Below are positions 56,239 through 64,000 of a stretch of 64,000 nt of DNA, in pieces. Each line of letters begins with the position of its first letter. Within the stretch, counting starts at the first letter, position 1. The notes beneath the pieces are model-generated. The model was not told where the DNA came from, made no database searches, and was given only the letters and a program-made list of their open reading frames with translations. The position numbers and the translations under genes were made by a program. Origin of the DNA: a virus (lineage: Duplodnaviria; Caudoviricetes); IMG/VR virus record IMGVR_UViG_3300020036_002473, positions 1-64,000 of that record; one strand, written 5' to 3'.

Positions 56239-56719
56239 GCAAAAAGAGGACATCTTACGAATGGCTAAAGAGGGCTATACAGATAAAGATATTATGGCCC
56301 TCTACCCTGTTCATAGGAGTTATATTTGGAGAATTAAGTCTGGCAAGAACACCAAAAGCAAGCGCACTGTTAAACCCCTTCCCATAACAGAAGGCTTGCT
56401 GTTCTCCCTCTTTGAGCGTATGATGATGGACGCTGCTCTGGGAAACGAGAAAGTGGAAGTGGTAGTGCCAGCAACATACACACCTCCCAAGGAGCTATTT
56501 TCTGTAGAAATACTCCCTGTTGAAATTAGAAACACCTTGACAGGAGAAATGGAACATTATATAATTAGGCAAGTTGATTATAAGAATGTTTACAAGCTTC
56601 TTGACAAGCATGTAGAGATGCCTTTAACATTAGATCAAATATTGATGTTGAAGGCTGAAAGTAGGAAGCTGGATAAGGAGATGAACAGAATAGAAATAAA
56701 TGTTGACAAGATGTTTTAA
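56216..56719 (+). CDS. HTH-containing hypothetical protein
   Basis: 'LTPEQKEDILRM...TDKDIMALYPVHRSYIWRI'. Confidence 0.65.
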   Translation: MSTRLTPEQKEDILRMAKEGYTDKDIMALYPVHRSYIWRIKSGKNTKSKRTVKPLPITEGLLFSLFERMMMDAALGNEKVEVVVPATYTPPKELFSVEILPVEIRNTLTGEMEHYIIRQVDYKNVYKLLDKHVEMPLTLDQILMLKAESRKLDKEMNRIEINVDKMF

Positions 56720-56731
56720 GTGTGTCATAAT
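56703..56731 (+). promoter_or_regulatory. Promoter for the tRNA-Arg cluster
   Basis: TTGACA N17 CATAAT, 13 nt upstream of the tRNA. Confidence 0.75.
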
Positions 56732-56743
56732 GTTGTTTTCAAT

Positions 56744-56817
56744 GCTCCATTAGCTCAGAGGAAAGAAGCAGAAATTTTCTAAATTTCAGGTCGTTTGTTC
56801 GAATCAAACATGGAGCA
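56744..56817 (+). tRNA. trnR: tRNA-Arg (TCT)
   Basis: GCTCCAT/ATGGAGC acceptor stem, GAAAT-TT TCT AA-ATTTC anticodon arm, GTTTG-TTCGAAT-CAAAC T-arm; irregular D-stem; no encoded CCA. Confidence 0.8.
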
Positions 56818-56840
56818 CGCTTACATTATAGAGGTAGTTT

Positions 56841-57332
56841 GTGTGGACAGTAGAGAAAATAATATCAAAGGGTGATTATAATTACTGTATAGTCAGAGAT
56901 CATCCAAGCAGGACAAAGAATGACTACGTCCTGCACCACAGAGTAGTCATGGAAAACATGTTAGGCAGGTTATTAACAAAAGATGAGGTTGTGCACCATA
57001 TTAATGGGGACAAGAAGGATAATAGGGAGTGCAACCTTGAGATAATGAGCAATAGTGAACATGCCTCGCATCATGGAGAGTACGTCACAAAGTCTATGTC
57101 TGAATGGGTTTGCCCTTGGTGCTCAAAAGTTTTTACTAGAGAAATATATGAGTGTAGGTATTTGACAGGGAAGGCTGGCTGGTGCACGTGCTCTAAATCT
57201 TGTAGGTCAAGCTTAAGTAATTTTGTAACAAGGTACGGAATGAATGATCTTTTAAAAGAAAAGATAGAAAGAAGTTTTATTAGAGAGTTCAAATGGGTAA
57301 CATACTCGTGGGACACTAGCTCAATTGGTTAG
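56841..57332 (+). mobile_element. HNH homing endonuclease in the tRNA cluster
   Basis: 'YVLHHRVVME...VVHHINGDKKDN...NLEI...EHASHH'; C-terminal Cys cluster. Confidence 0.88.
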
Positions 57333-57384
57333 AGCAATCCACTCATAATGGATAGGTTCTGAGTTCAAGTCTCAGGTAGTCCCA
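57310..57384 (+). tRNA. tRNA-Met or Ile2 (CAT), possibly degenerate
   Basis: Canonical D-arm; ATCCA-CT CAT AA-TGGAT; CTGAG-TTCAAGT-CTCAG; acceptor stem has a 1-nt bulge; 3' end ACTA. Confidence 0.75.
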
Positions 57385-57474
57385 CTAAATTAGGCATTAT
57401 GTATTCTGCCAGCGTAGCAAAAGAAATACACGTAATGCTGAGAGGCATTCCTATTAATTGACAAAGGAGAAAAC

Positions 57475-57612
57475 ATGTCAGAAAAGAAAGCATTAGTGCC
57501 AGCACGAACAGAGAAAGAGCCTTACAAGATTACGGATGCGCAGAAACAAGCAGCTGCTGAAAGACGCAAGGTTGGGAAGCCTAAGAATAAGCCAAAGAAG
57601 GAGAAACAATGA
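57475..57612 (+). CDS. Small basic protein (45 aa)
   Basis: Manual ORF MSEKKALVPARTEKE...; AAGGAG RBS. Confidence 0.6.
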   Translation: MSEKKALVPARTEKEPYKITDAQKQAAAERRKVGKPKNKPKKEKQ

Positions 57613-57962
57613 AGTTTTCAGACAACAACCGGCAAGAAGTGTTAGTATATTTAACAATGTTCGTAAGGGCTTTGTCAAAACGATGTGGCGTAGAAGATAG
57701 CAGTATGTCTCTTAGTGTCACGTCAGATGATAAGAAAGCTCTGACTATCACAGCAAAGGTCGTAGACGAAGAGAAATATAAAAACACTAGAGGCGACATT
57801 AGCAAGGACTTGTCTGATGATATTATCAAAGGGTTGATGTTAGTTTGTTGTGGGAACAAAGACGTAAAAATTTCTTGGGAGGATGATAAAGAAGGTGTTG
57901 CGTATATTCTTGTGTACACAGACGAAGGCCTTGATGAAGTAGTGGGAAAGGAGAAACAATGA
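57609..57962 (+). CDS. Hypothetical protein
   Basis: ATGA coupling. Confidence 0.7.
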   Translation: MKFSDNNRQEVLVYLTMFVRALSKRCGVEDSSMSLSVTSDDKKALTITAKVVDEEKYKNTRGDISKDLSDDIIKGLMLVCCGNKDVKISWEDDKEGVAYILVYTDEGLDEVVGKEKQ

Positions 57963-58183
57963 GTAACCACTTCGCTCACAATCACTCCGTCCACAACAAT
58001 TCAGTATCTTCTGGAGGTATTAGTTTTCTAGGCTTGCTTACAATTGTTTTTATTGTATTGAAGCTTACGAATTACATTAGCTGGAGTTGGTGGTGGGTGT
58101 TATCCCCAATTTGGGCAGGCCCATTAGTGGTGTTCTCTATTGTGTTCGTATTTGCATTCATCTTAGCCTTGATGAAGAAATAA
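57959..58183 (+). CDS. Conserved phage membrane protein
   Basis: 'GGISFLGLLTIVFIVLKL..YISWSWWWVLSPIW'. Confidence 0.75.
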   Translation: MSNHFAHNHSVHNNSVSSGGISFLGLLTIVFIVLKLTNYISWSWWWVLSPIWAGPLVVFSIVFVFAFILALMKK

Positions 58184-58374
58184 TGTTTCCAGAGCCTAAT
58201 ATAAGTGAGTGGCCTGTCATTACAGGCGATTTCTCAGACAACTATCGTATCACAGAATTTGCTACGGCATATTTTGCAGAGCAATATGTAAATGGAAATT
58301 GGGAAGCATTAAGCAAGCCTTGCAGAACGTATCAAGAAGCTTTGAAAGTGATTCGTCAAGCAGAAGAAAATTAG
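58183..58374 (+). CDS. Small hypothetical protein
   Basis: TAATG coupling; MFPEPNISEW. Confidence 0.6.
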   Translation: MFPEPNISEWPVITGDFSDNYRITEFATAYFAEQYVNGNWEALSKPCRTYQEALKVIRQAEEN

Positions 58375-58478
58375 CTGGCACAACAGCTATGTCGTAAAGA
58401 CAGAAACAAGGGTATTGTGCAATTAATAGCGAGTAGCATAGCTACGAACATTTCCAAGTGGAAAAGGAGAAATAAATT

Positions 58479-59111
58479 ATGGCAGAACAACAATATGGTG
58501 TTTTAGAAGGTACATTTGCTTTTATGAAATTGGCAGAGCCTTCAACAAAGTACCAATCAAAAGATTTAGAGTATGCTGTTGATGTTGTCGTTAGCAAGGC
58601 TACTGCTAAAGCATGGAATAAGCAATTCCCTAAGCAGAAAGCTAAGGAGTTTGAAGCCGCAGAGTTTGAGCAGAAATTCAAAATGCCGATTCCAGCAGAG
58701 CTAGAAGGTGAAGATGAAATTTACATCATTAAGCTGAAGAAGGCTGCTACAAAAGATGGTGTAGCATTTGATGATAAATTCCGCCCTAAGCTGTTGTTAG
58801 ATACATCTGAAGGCCGTATTGATATTACGCTAAGCCGCTTAGCTGCTAATGGCACGAAAGGCAAAGCGAGTTATCGCATTACATCTAATGACTTTGGAAC
58901 ATTCGCACAGCTAAATAACATCCTCGTAGCTGAAGAAGATTTCAAAGAGTATGTACGCTCTTCTGGAGTTGCTGGTGCAGAGTTTGGAGAAGCTAAGCCA
59001 ATTGCTAAAGTGGAACCTGAAAGCAAGGCTGCTACAGCCTCACGGCCTAAAGCTGCCGAGGCAAAGCCGAAGGCCCCTGAAGATGATGACGATAATCAAA
59101 GCCCTTTCTAA
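58479..59111 (+). CDS. Single-stranded DNA-binding protein (gp2.5-like)
   Basis: OB-type body, acidic tail ending 'EDDDDNQSPF'; position before the exonuclease. Confidence 0.75.
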   Translation: MAEQQYGVLEGTFAFMKLAEPSTKYQSKDLEYAVDVVVSKATAKAWNKQFPKQKAKEFEAAEFEQKFKMPIPAELEGEDEIYIIKLKKAATKDGVAFDDKFRPKLLLDTSEGRIDITLSRLAANGTKGKASYRITSNDFGTFAQLNNILVAEEDFKEYVRSSGVAGAEFGEAKPIAKVEPESKAATASRPKAAEAKPKAPEDDDDNQSPF

Positions 59112-59138
59112 AATGTAACACAACGGAAAGTTGCAAAC

Positions 59139-59167
59139 AGCCCTGTCCTTAATTGGGCAGGGCTTTT
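59139..59167 (+). terminator. Terminator after the SSB gene
   Basis: AGCCCTGTCC-TTAATT-GGGCAGGGCT-TTT. Confidence 0.8.
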
Positions 59168-59192
59168 ATTACAACCACACATAGGAATACAC

Positions 59193-60128
59193 ATGAAAAA
59201 ATATGATGTGCTTGTAGACTTCGATACGCCATTGATTGCTATGGCTGCTATGCAGCAGAAGAATTCTGTTATCGCCACATTCAACAAGAATAAGCGTCAA
59301 AAAGAATTTGACAATAAGACAGCTTTTAACAAGTGGCTTAAAGAGAATGACAAGTGGGATATTGAAGATTTTACAATTGAAACAAAGAGTGTAATTGTAG
59401 GAAGTTTGGACAAAGCCTTATCGTCTCTCGTCCAAAAGGCTAATTACATTAAAGCTAGTAAGCATATGGCAAGCTGTAAGTTTGTCGTAGGAGGGCCACA
59501 TGGAAACTTCCGCGACAGCGTAGCAACTATCCTTCCTTACAAGGGCCAGAGAGGTGAAAAGCCATTATTATCACGTAAGCTTAAGGAAGCCCTTCTCAAC
59601 TCATTTGACGTGGAAATACTCCAGCCAGATGGGGATTATGAGAGTGATGACCTCATTTCTATGTACTTGCATCAGGATGTTGATAACAAGGACAGTAAGC
59701 GAGCTATCATGTCTCCTGATAAGGACTTGAAGCAATGTCAAGGCTGGCACTTTGATAATGACAATCCGCACAATCCTCCTTTCTTTATTAACGAGTTTGA
59801 AGGCTTCTACAATCTCTGCTTTCAAGGAGTTACAGGGGATGCTACAGATAACATTCAAGGGCTAGGATTTCAGCACCCAGAAATTGTAAAGAAATATGGA
59901 TTGAGGAAGTCTAATGGGATTGGTCCTGCTAGTGCTAAGCTTATTCTACAAGGATGTAAAGAGCCTTGCCAGCTTGCAGAGAGGCTTGTAGGCATCTACA
60001 AGCTTACATTCCAAGAAACACACGGAGAAGGCTGGAAAGCTATTTTAAACGAAAACATGCGCTTGCTGAAGATGCTAGATTATAAAGGCCAAGTGTATGT
60101 GTTTACAGAGGAGTGGGGAATTGAATAA
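59193..60128 (+). CDS. 5'-3' exonuclease / RNase H-like (T7 gp6 family)
   Basis: 'VDFD', 'NFRD...YKGQR', 'ESDD', 'DKDLKQ', 'GDATDNIQG...GIG'. Confidence 0.88.
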   Translation: MKKYDVLVDFDTPLIAMAAMQQKNSVIATFNKNKRQKEFDNKTAFNKWLKENDKWDIEDFTIETKSVIVGSLDKALSSLVQKANYIKASKHMASCKFVVGGPHGNFRDSVATILPYKGQRGEKPLLSRKLKEALLNSFDVEILQPDGDYESDDLISMYLHQDVDNKDSKRAIMSPDKDLKQCQGWHFDNDNPHNPPFFINEFEGFYNLCFQGVTGDATDNIQGLGFQHPEIVKKYGLRKSNGIGPASAKLILQGCKEPCQLAERLVGIYKLTFQETHGEGWKAILNENMRLLKMLDYKGQVYVFTEEWGIE

Positions 60129-60309
60129 TACTACACTAAGACACCTCCCTTCAGATCACTACTTTCAGGAAATACTGGAACCAGAACATTTTGCTAGAGT
60201 GCTAGGCACAGGTATGTTGTTTGAGCTAGAGCCATATGCTCCAAGCTATTGGAAGGAGCATTTAAAGCTTAAAGCAGAATGGGAGAGACGAAAACAATGC
60301 GAAGCATGA
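60097..60309 (+). CDS. Small hypothetical protein
   Basis: Fills the gap between two nuclease genes; start uncertain. Confidence 0.5.
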   Translation: MCLQRSGELNNTTLRHLPSDHYFQEILEPEHFARVLGTGMLFELEPYAPSYWKEHLKLKAEWERRKQCEA

Positions 60310-60881
60310 TGGAAGGGATTCGTAGTATCCAACCATGGGAACAACTCCCACATGTATGGAAAACTGAGGCAAGCTTCTGGGCTTGGGTGAAGGGAGTGCT
60401 TCGGAGAGGCTGGTCTAAACATCCTGTTAAGATTGAGTTCATTAAGAAGAATAGAATTCGCATTCCCAACCCTAATCCAAGAGGCAAGGTAGCATCTGTA
60501 TGGGGTGGTAAGTGTATGCGCTGTGGGGAGCTATTTGTTGAGAAGGATATGGAAGTTGACCACCTCGGAGGAACTGCTAACCTCACAGAAGAAGGTCATC
60601 TCCAATCTTGCCTTAAGAAGCTGTTGCTTGTGTGCTTTGATGACCTTGAATGGCTATGCAAAAGCTGCCACAGCATCCGCTCTTATGCTCAGCGTTACGG
60701 AGGCACAGAACAAGAAGCTATTATAGCCAAGAAGGGAATTGCTTTTAGCAAGCTTACAGCAGCACAACAAAATAAAGCCTTGCAAGAGATTGTTGGAAGT
60801 GCTAACATGGACATTAGTAGAACAAAGACAGTAGCTAAGCGTAAGGAATATTATTTGGAAATGTTGAAAGGAGAATGTTGA
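60297..60881 (+). CDS. HNH-type endonuclease (possible resolvase/packaging nuclease)
   Basis: 'CMRC...EVDH...L.WLCKSCH..RS'; conserved position after the exonuclease. Confidence 0.75.
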   Translation: MRSMMEGIRSIQPWEQLPHVWKTEASFWAWVKGVLRRGWSKHPVKIEFIKKNRIRIPNPNPRGKVASVWGGKCMRCGELFVEKDMEVDHLGGTANLTEEGHLQSCLKKLLLVCFDDLEWLCKSCHSIRSYAQRYGGTEQEAIIAKKGIAFSKLTAAQQNKALQEIVGSANMDISRTKTVAKRKEYYLEMLKGEC

Positions 60882-61486
60882 TGAGTAAATTTAAAGTTGG
60901 TGATAAAGTTGTGTGTATTGATGCTGCTGCAAGTGGCAAAAGTCTTAAATACAAGCGTCTATACACAGTGTCAGGATTTAATACTTTGGATAACGGAGAG
61001 AACCTCATTTTCCTAGCTGAATTTCCGTATGAACGGGTAGGCTTCTTCACATATCGTTTTGATCTTGTAGAAGAAGCAAAGCAAGAACCTCCCAAACCTC
61101 CTTCCTTCAAAAACTACCTCTCCCCTATGTGTCGTGTGGAGATGCGGAATGGTGATGTAGCTATCTTTATCGAGGATAGTTTTATTGGTGATGGAAGCGT
61201 TGTTGGGTGTGTTAGCCAGTACCTAGATGATGGTAAAGTAGCTCCTCCAAATAATGTAGGGCTTAACAAGGAGTTAGAAATTGTACGTGTACTTGAAAAG
61301 CCACCTTATCTCGCTAGTATCTTTTTTGAAGATCATTTTGGAAATGTGCTATGGGAAAGCCATGAGCTTGCTACTAAGCGTAAAGAAAAAGACGAGAAGA
61401 TTAATTTCAAGCAAATTGAAATTAAGATGGCACAACGTAAGCTGGATGAATTAGTTAAACAATTAAAGGAGATGGGTGATGCCTAA
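60881..61486 (+). CDS. Hypothetical protein
   Basis: 'KFKVGDKVVCID...YTV' SH3-like N-terminus. Confidence 0.7.
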   Translation: MSKFKVGDKVVCIDAAASGKSLKYKRLYTVSGFNTLDNGENLIFLAEFPYERVGFFTYRFDLVEEAKQEPPKPPSFKNYLSPMCRVEMRNGDVAIFIEDSFIGDGSVVGCVSQYLDDGKVAPPNNVGLNKELEIVRVLEKPPYLASIFFEDHFGNVLWESHELATKRKEKDEKINFKQIEIKMAQRKLDELVKQLKEMGDA

Positions 61487-61733
61487 TAATGTAGAAATTG
61501 ATGTTAGCAATTTAAACCTCTTAGCCCGCCTAACACTAGCTGTAGGCTATTGTGGAAGCTTAGAGGAAGGCAAGACAGCAATGCAAGAGATTATTTCCAA
61601 CATTGGAGAGCAATGCTTTAAGCAATTCTGCGCTGAGCTTGTCCTTGTAGACCAAGAGAAGCTTGGGAAGGAAATGTTTAGTATTATTTCGCAAGCTTTT
61701 AACGAGTATGCTGATATTAAGAAAGGGAATTAA
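61479..61733 (+). CDS. Hypothetical protein
   Basis: AAGGAG RBS. Confidence 0.7.
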   Translation: MPNNVEIDVSNLNLLARLTLAVGYCGSLEEGKTAMQEIISNIGEQCFKQFCAELVLVDQEKLGKEMFSIISQAFNEYADIKKGN

Positions 61734-62596
61734 TGAGCAACGCTACACAACAATGGCACGAACAAGCCTTAGAGCTATTACAAACAGGGCTAAGCTGGCG
61801 TAAGATTGCCAAGGAGCTTAACATTCCTAAAAGCACATGCTCTGACTGGCTTCGTAAACAAATTGCAACAGAGAAGAAACAAGAGCGTGTATTTCATAAG
61901 CCCTTTAAGAAAGAACGTACAAGCCAGAACAATGAATGTATCCTGTTCATCTCTGACTTACATGCTCCTTACAACCACAAGGATGCTGTAGGCTTTCTTG
62001 AAGGCTTACGGGATAAACATAAGCCAACACGTATTATATCTCTTGGGGATGAGCTTGACCATTCAGCCTTGTCCTACCACGAGAGCGACCCTAACCTAAT
62101 GTCTGCTGGAGATGAGCTAGAGGCTGCACGTAAGACAATCGCAGACCTTCACAAGCTATTCCCTAATATGGACATTATGGAAAGCAATCATGGAAGTATG
62201 GTGTTTCGTAAGGCTAAGACACACGGTATTCCACGACAATATATTAAGAGCTATCGTGAGGTGTTAGGTGTAGGAGAAGGCTGGAAGTGGCATTATGACC
62301 TGACAACAATACTTCCAGATGGAAGTGACTTGTATGTGCATCATGGGCGAGCTGCTGATGCTTTAAAGCTCTCTCAACAAATGGGGATGAGTGTTGTACA
62401 AGGGCATTATCACACAAAGTTTAAAGCAGATTATTGGAGCAATCCACGAGCCTTAATGTTTGCCCTGCAATGTGGCTGTTTGATTGACGATGAGAGCTTG
62501 GCTTATTCTTACAACAATGTTAATATTCAGCGCCCTATTATTGGAACAGCATTGATTGTTGATAGCAAGCCTGTGCTGGAACCCATGAAATTGTGA
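61733..62596 (+). CDS. Metallophosphoesterase with an N-terminal HTH
   Basis: 'ISDLH', 'LGDELD', 'SNH', 'HHG', 'GHYH'; N-terminal 'GLSWRKIAKELNIPKSTCSDWL'. Confidence 0.88.
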   Translation: MSNATQQWHEQALELLQTGLSWRKIAKELNIPKSTCSDWLRKQIATEKKQERVFHKPFKKERTSQNNECILFISDLHAPYNHKDAVGFLEGLRDKHKPTRIISLGDELDHSALSYHESDPNLMSAGDELEAARKTIADLHKLFPNMDIMESNHGSMVFRKAKTHGIPRQYIKSYREVLGVGEGWKWHYDLTTILPDGSDLYVHHGRAADALKLSQQMGMSVVQGHYHTKFKADYWSNPRALMFALQCGCLIDDESLAYSYNNVNIQRPIIGTALIVDSKPVLEPMKL

Positions 62597-62673
62597 AAAC
62601 AATTTTATAAGCCAATGAAGCTGTAGGCTGAATAAGCCAATGAAACTTTGAAGCAACATTAAAGGAGGAACAA

Positions 62674-62901
62674 ATGGAAATTGATATTCGCGGATGCGCT
62701 CCAACAGTAATTAACAAGATTCGTATTCGTGATGAGAACGAGGACGACTACTGTATAGAATATATCTACAAAGAAGATTTAGGGGCTGTTCGTATTGGAG
62801 ATTATGCCTCATGCTGTAATAAACGTATCTACAACAAAGATCATGCTTTAGACATCATCAAAGGCATTAATAAAGCCATCGAATTAGGCTGGTTTAAATA
62901 A
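62674..62901 (+). CDS. Hypothetical protein
   Basis: AAGGAGG RBS. Confidence 0.75.
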   Translation: MEIDIRGCAPTVINKIRIRDENEDDYCIEYIYKEDLGAVRIGDYASCCNKRIYNKDHALDIIKGINKAIELGWFK

Positions 62902-63191
62902 TGGGACAACGTATGGACATCAGCCTACGCTCTGGCAATCTCAACATAGCCTTGCTTTCTTCTGGAGATGTTGCTATAATGCCAACACGCAATATAAAAA
63001 ATTATATTGAATATGTAAACAATTTAACATGTGTGTTTGACAACAAGGGTGTTACGTTTATTTTAGAGCTTGACAATATCCCTGTTGCCGAAATGCCTAA
63101 AGAGGAATACGTTTATAACGAACGTATTAAAGGATATAAACAGAAGCCATTGTTGTTGATGTGGCTTAAAAGTTTAAGCCTAACAGCTTAA
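62901..63191 (+). CDS. Hypothetical protein
   Basis: TAATG coupling. Confidence 0.65.
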   Translation: MGQRMDISLRSGNLNIALLSSGDVAIMPTRNIKNYIEYVNNLTCVFDNKGVTFILELDNIPVAEMPKEEYVYNERIKGYKQKPLLLMWLKSLSLTA

Positions 63192-63215
63192 TGTCCTTAC
63201 ACTTAGGAGAGTAAT

Positions 63216-63716
63216 ATGAGCACTAAAAGTATGATTGAAATGATTCCATATTTCTACGAAGATGTTTATACATTCAATGAAATTGCAGGAGTGTTTGAAA
63301 GCTCAGACAGCCCTCGTAAGCAAATTGAACGTGCTGTGAAGATTTTCAAAGAGGAATGTAACGAGACAATTGATGCTGCAAAAGACCTTGATAGTGTAGA
63401 ATTATTGGATGGTGTTTGTGATGTGTTTGTGACACTATCCGGCTTGATGCAGACAATGAATCGTTTAGGTTTTAACATCGAGGAAGCTTTACGGCGTGGT
63501 TGTGAGAACAACTTGGAGAAGTTCCCAAGTGATGAGATTCTTTTTTCTTCTCGTGTACCTTGGGAAGCAATGCAACCTAATGGAACAACACACACGCATA
63601 ACAAATATTACGATGTGCATGTATTCAAAGATAAGAACAGTAAAGTGAAGAAGCCTGTTGGCTTTAAGCCTGTAGACTTGCATGATTTAGTACCAGACAA
63701 TATTTGGGAAGATTAA
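63216..63716 (+). CDS. MazG-like nucleoside triphosphate pyrophosphohydrolase
   Basis: 'FKEECNE...VELLDGVCDVFVT...CENNLEK...KVKKP..F'. Confidence 0.85.
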   Translation: MSTKSMIEMIPYFYEDVYTFNEIAGVFESSDSPRKQIERAVKIFKEECNETIDAAKDLDSVELLDGVCDVFVTLSGLMQTMNRLGFNIEEALRRGCENNLEKFPSDEILFSSRVPWEAMQPNGTTHTHNKYYDVHVFKDKNSKVKKPVGFKPVDLHDLVPDNIWED

Positions 63717-63736
63717 TAAGAAACAAAGGAGATGTT

Positions 63737-64000
63737 ATGGCAAAGGCAGTAGGAGCACGAGATGTATTACACGGCCTTATGGGGATGGGGCAATGGCCTC
63801 AGAAGGCTAAGACAATTGGTGATGAGCTTATGCTTATTGACAAAAATAAAGAAGAATTGATTAAGCCTTATTTGTTTGCTTTAGGGATTGATGTACGATT
63901 TCCTGTTAAAGTGGATGTTGTCAAGTATCGTGACCTAAACAATCACGTAGATATTGGGTACAGGTTTATTGGAGACATACGCAAAGACAAGGCTTATATC
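63737..64000 (+). CDS. Hypothetical protein, partial (runs off the right edge)
   Basis: Manual ORF MAKAVGARDVLHGLMG... open to the window end; AAGGAG RBS. Confidence 0.65.
   Translation, partial: MAKAVGARDVLHGLMGMGQWPQKAKTIGDELMLIDKNKEELIKPYLFALGIDVRFPVKVDVVKYRDLNNHVDIGYRFIGDIRKDKAYI

Noticed and set aside
57598-57962. Repeated AAGGAGAAACAATGA at two gene junctions
   Set aside because: Explained by RBS plus ATGA coupling; similar strings precede many genes, so it was not counted as a gene-end relic.
1-64000. Stop-codon reassignment, DGR/retron, integrase or lysogeny module
   Set aside because: Core genes are intact in the standard code and end in TAA, TAG and TGA; no reverse transcriptase, recombinase or repressor pair is recognisable in this window.

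Overview
A 64-kb slice of a large lytic dsDNA tailed phage genome, most likely a siphovirus: it has a tail tube, frameshifted chaperones and a tape measure gene, and no sheath. No integrase, CRISPR array or rRNA is visible. 1-18.3 kb (minus strand) is morphogenesis: TerS, two tRNAs, TerL, portal, a free-standing GIY-YIG endonuclease, S49 protease, scaffold, decoration protein, lambda-gpE-type capsid, neck, tail tube, chaperones, tape measure and tail-tip genes. 18.4-30.1 kb (plus) holds a DNA methylase, PhoH, a ClpP-like protease, a PcfJ-like protein, a compact polymerase-fold protein and many small ORFs. 30.1-34.5 kb is a compositionally distinct early island with tandem repeats and micro-ORFs, probably a long terminal repeat. 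35-38.7 kb (minus) holds small genes and a dNMP kinase. 38.7-39.7 kb is non-coding, with a promoter-driven hairpin-rich tract. 39.7-64 kb (plus) holds an SGNH hydrolase, a PagP-like outer-membrane barrel, RNA and DNA ligases, a cell-wall hydrolase, ThyX, primase-helicase, PolA, two more homing endonucleases, two tRNAs, SSB, exonuclease, phosphoesterase and a MazG-like enzyme. The most unusual signals are: (i) stacked relic copies of gene 3' ends behind at least four unrelated genes, differing mostly at synonymous positions; (ii) a 422-aa minimal T7-RNAP/PolA-fold protein in addition to the canonical PolA; (iii) two candidate structured ncRNAs; (iv) a PagP-like barrel; (v) a distinct promoter class and dispersed stem-loop families. 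All product calls come from manual motif recognition; no database search was run.
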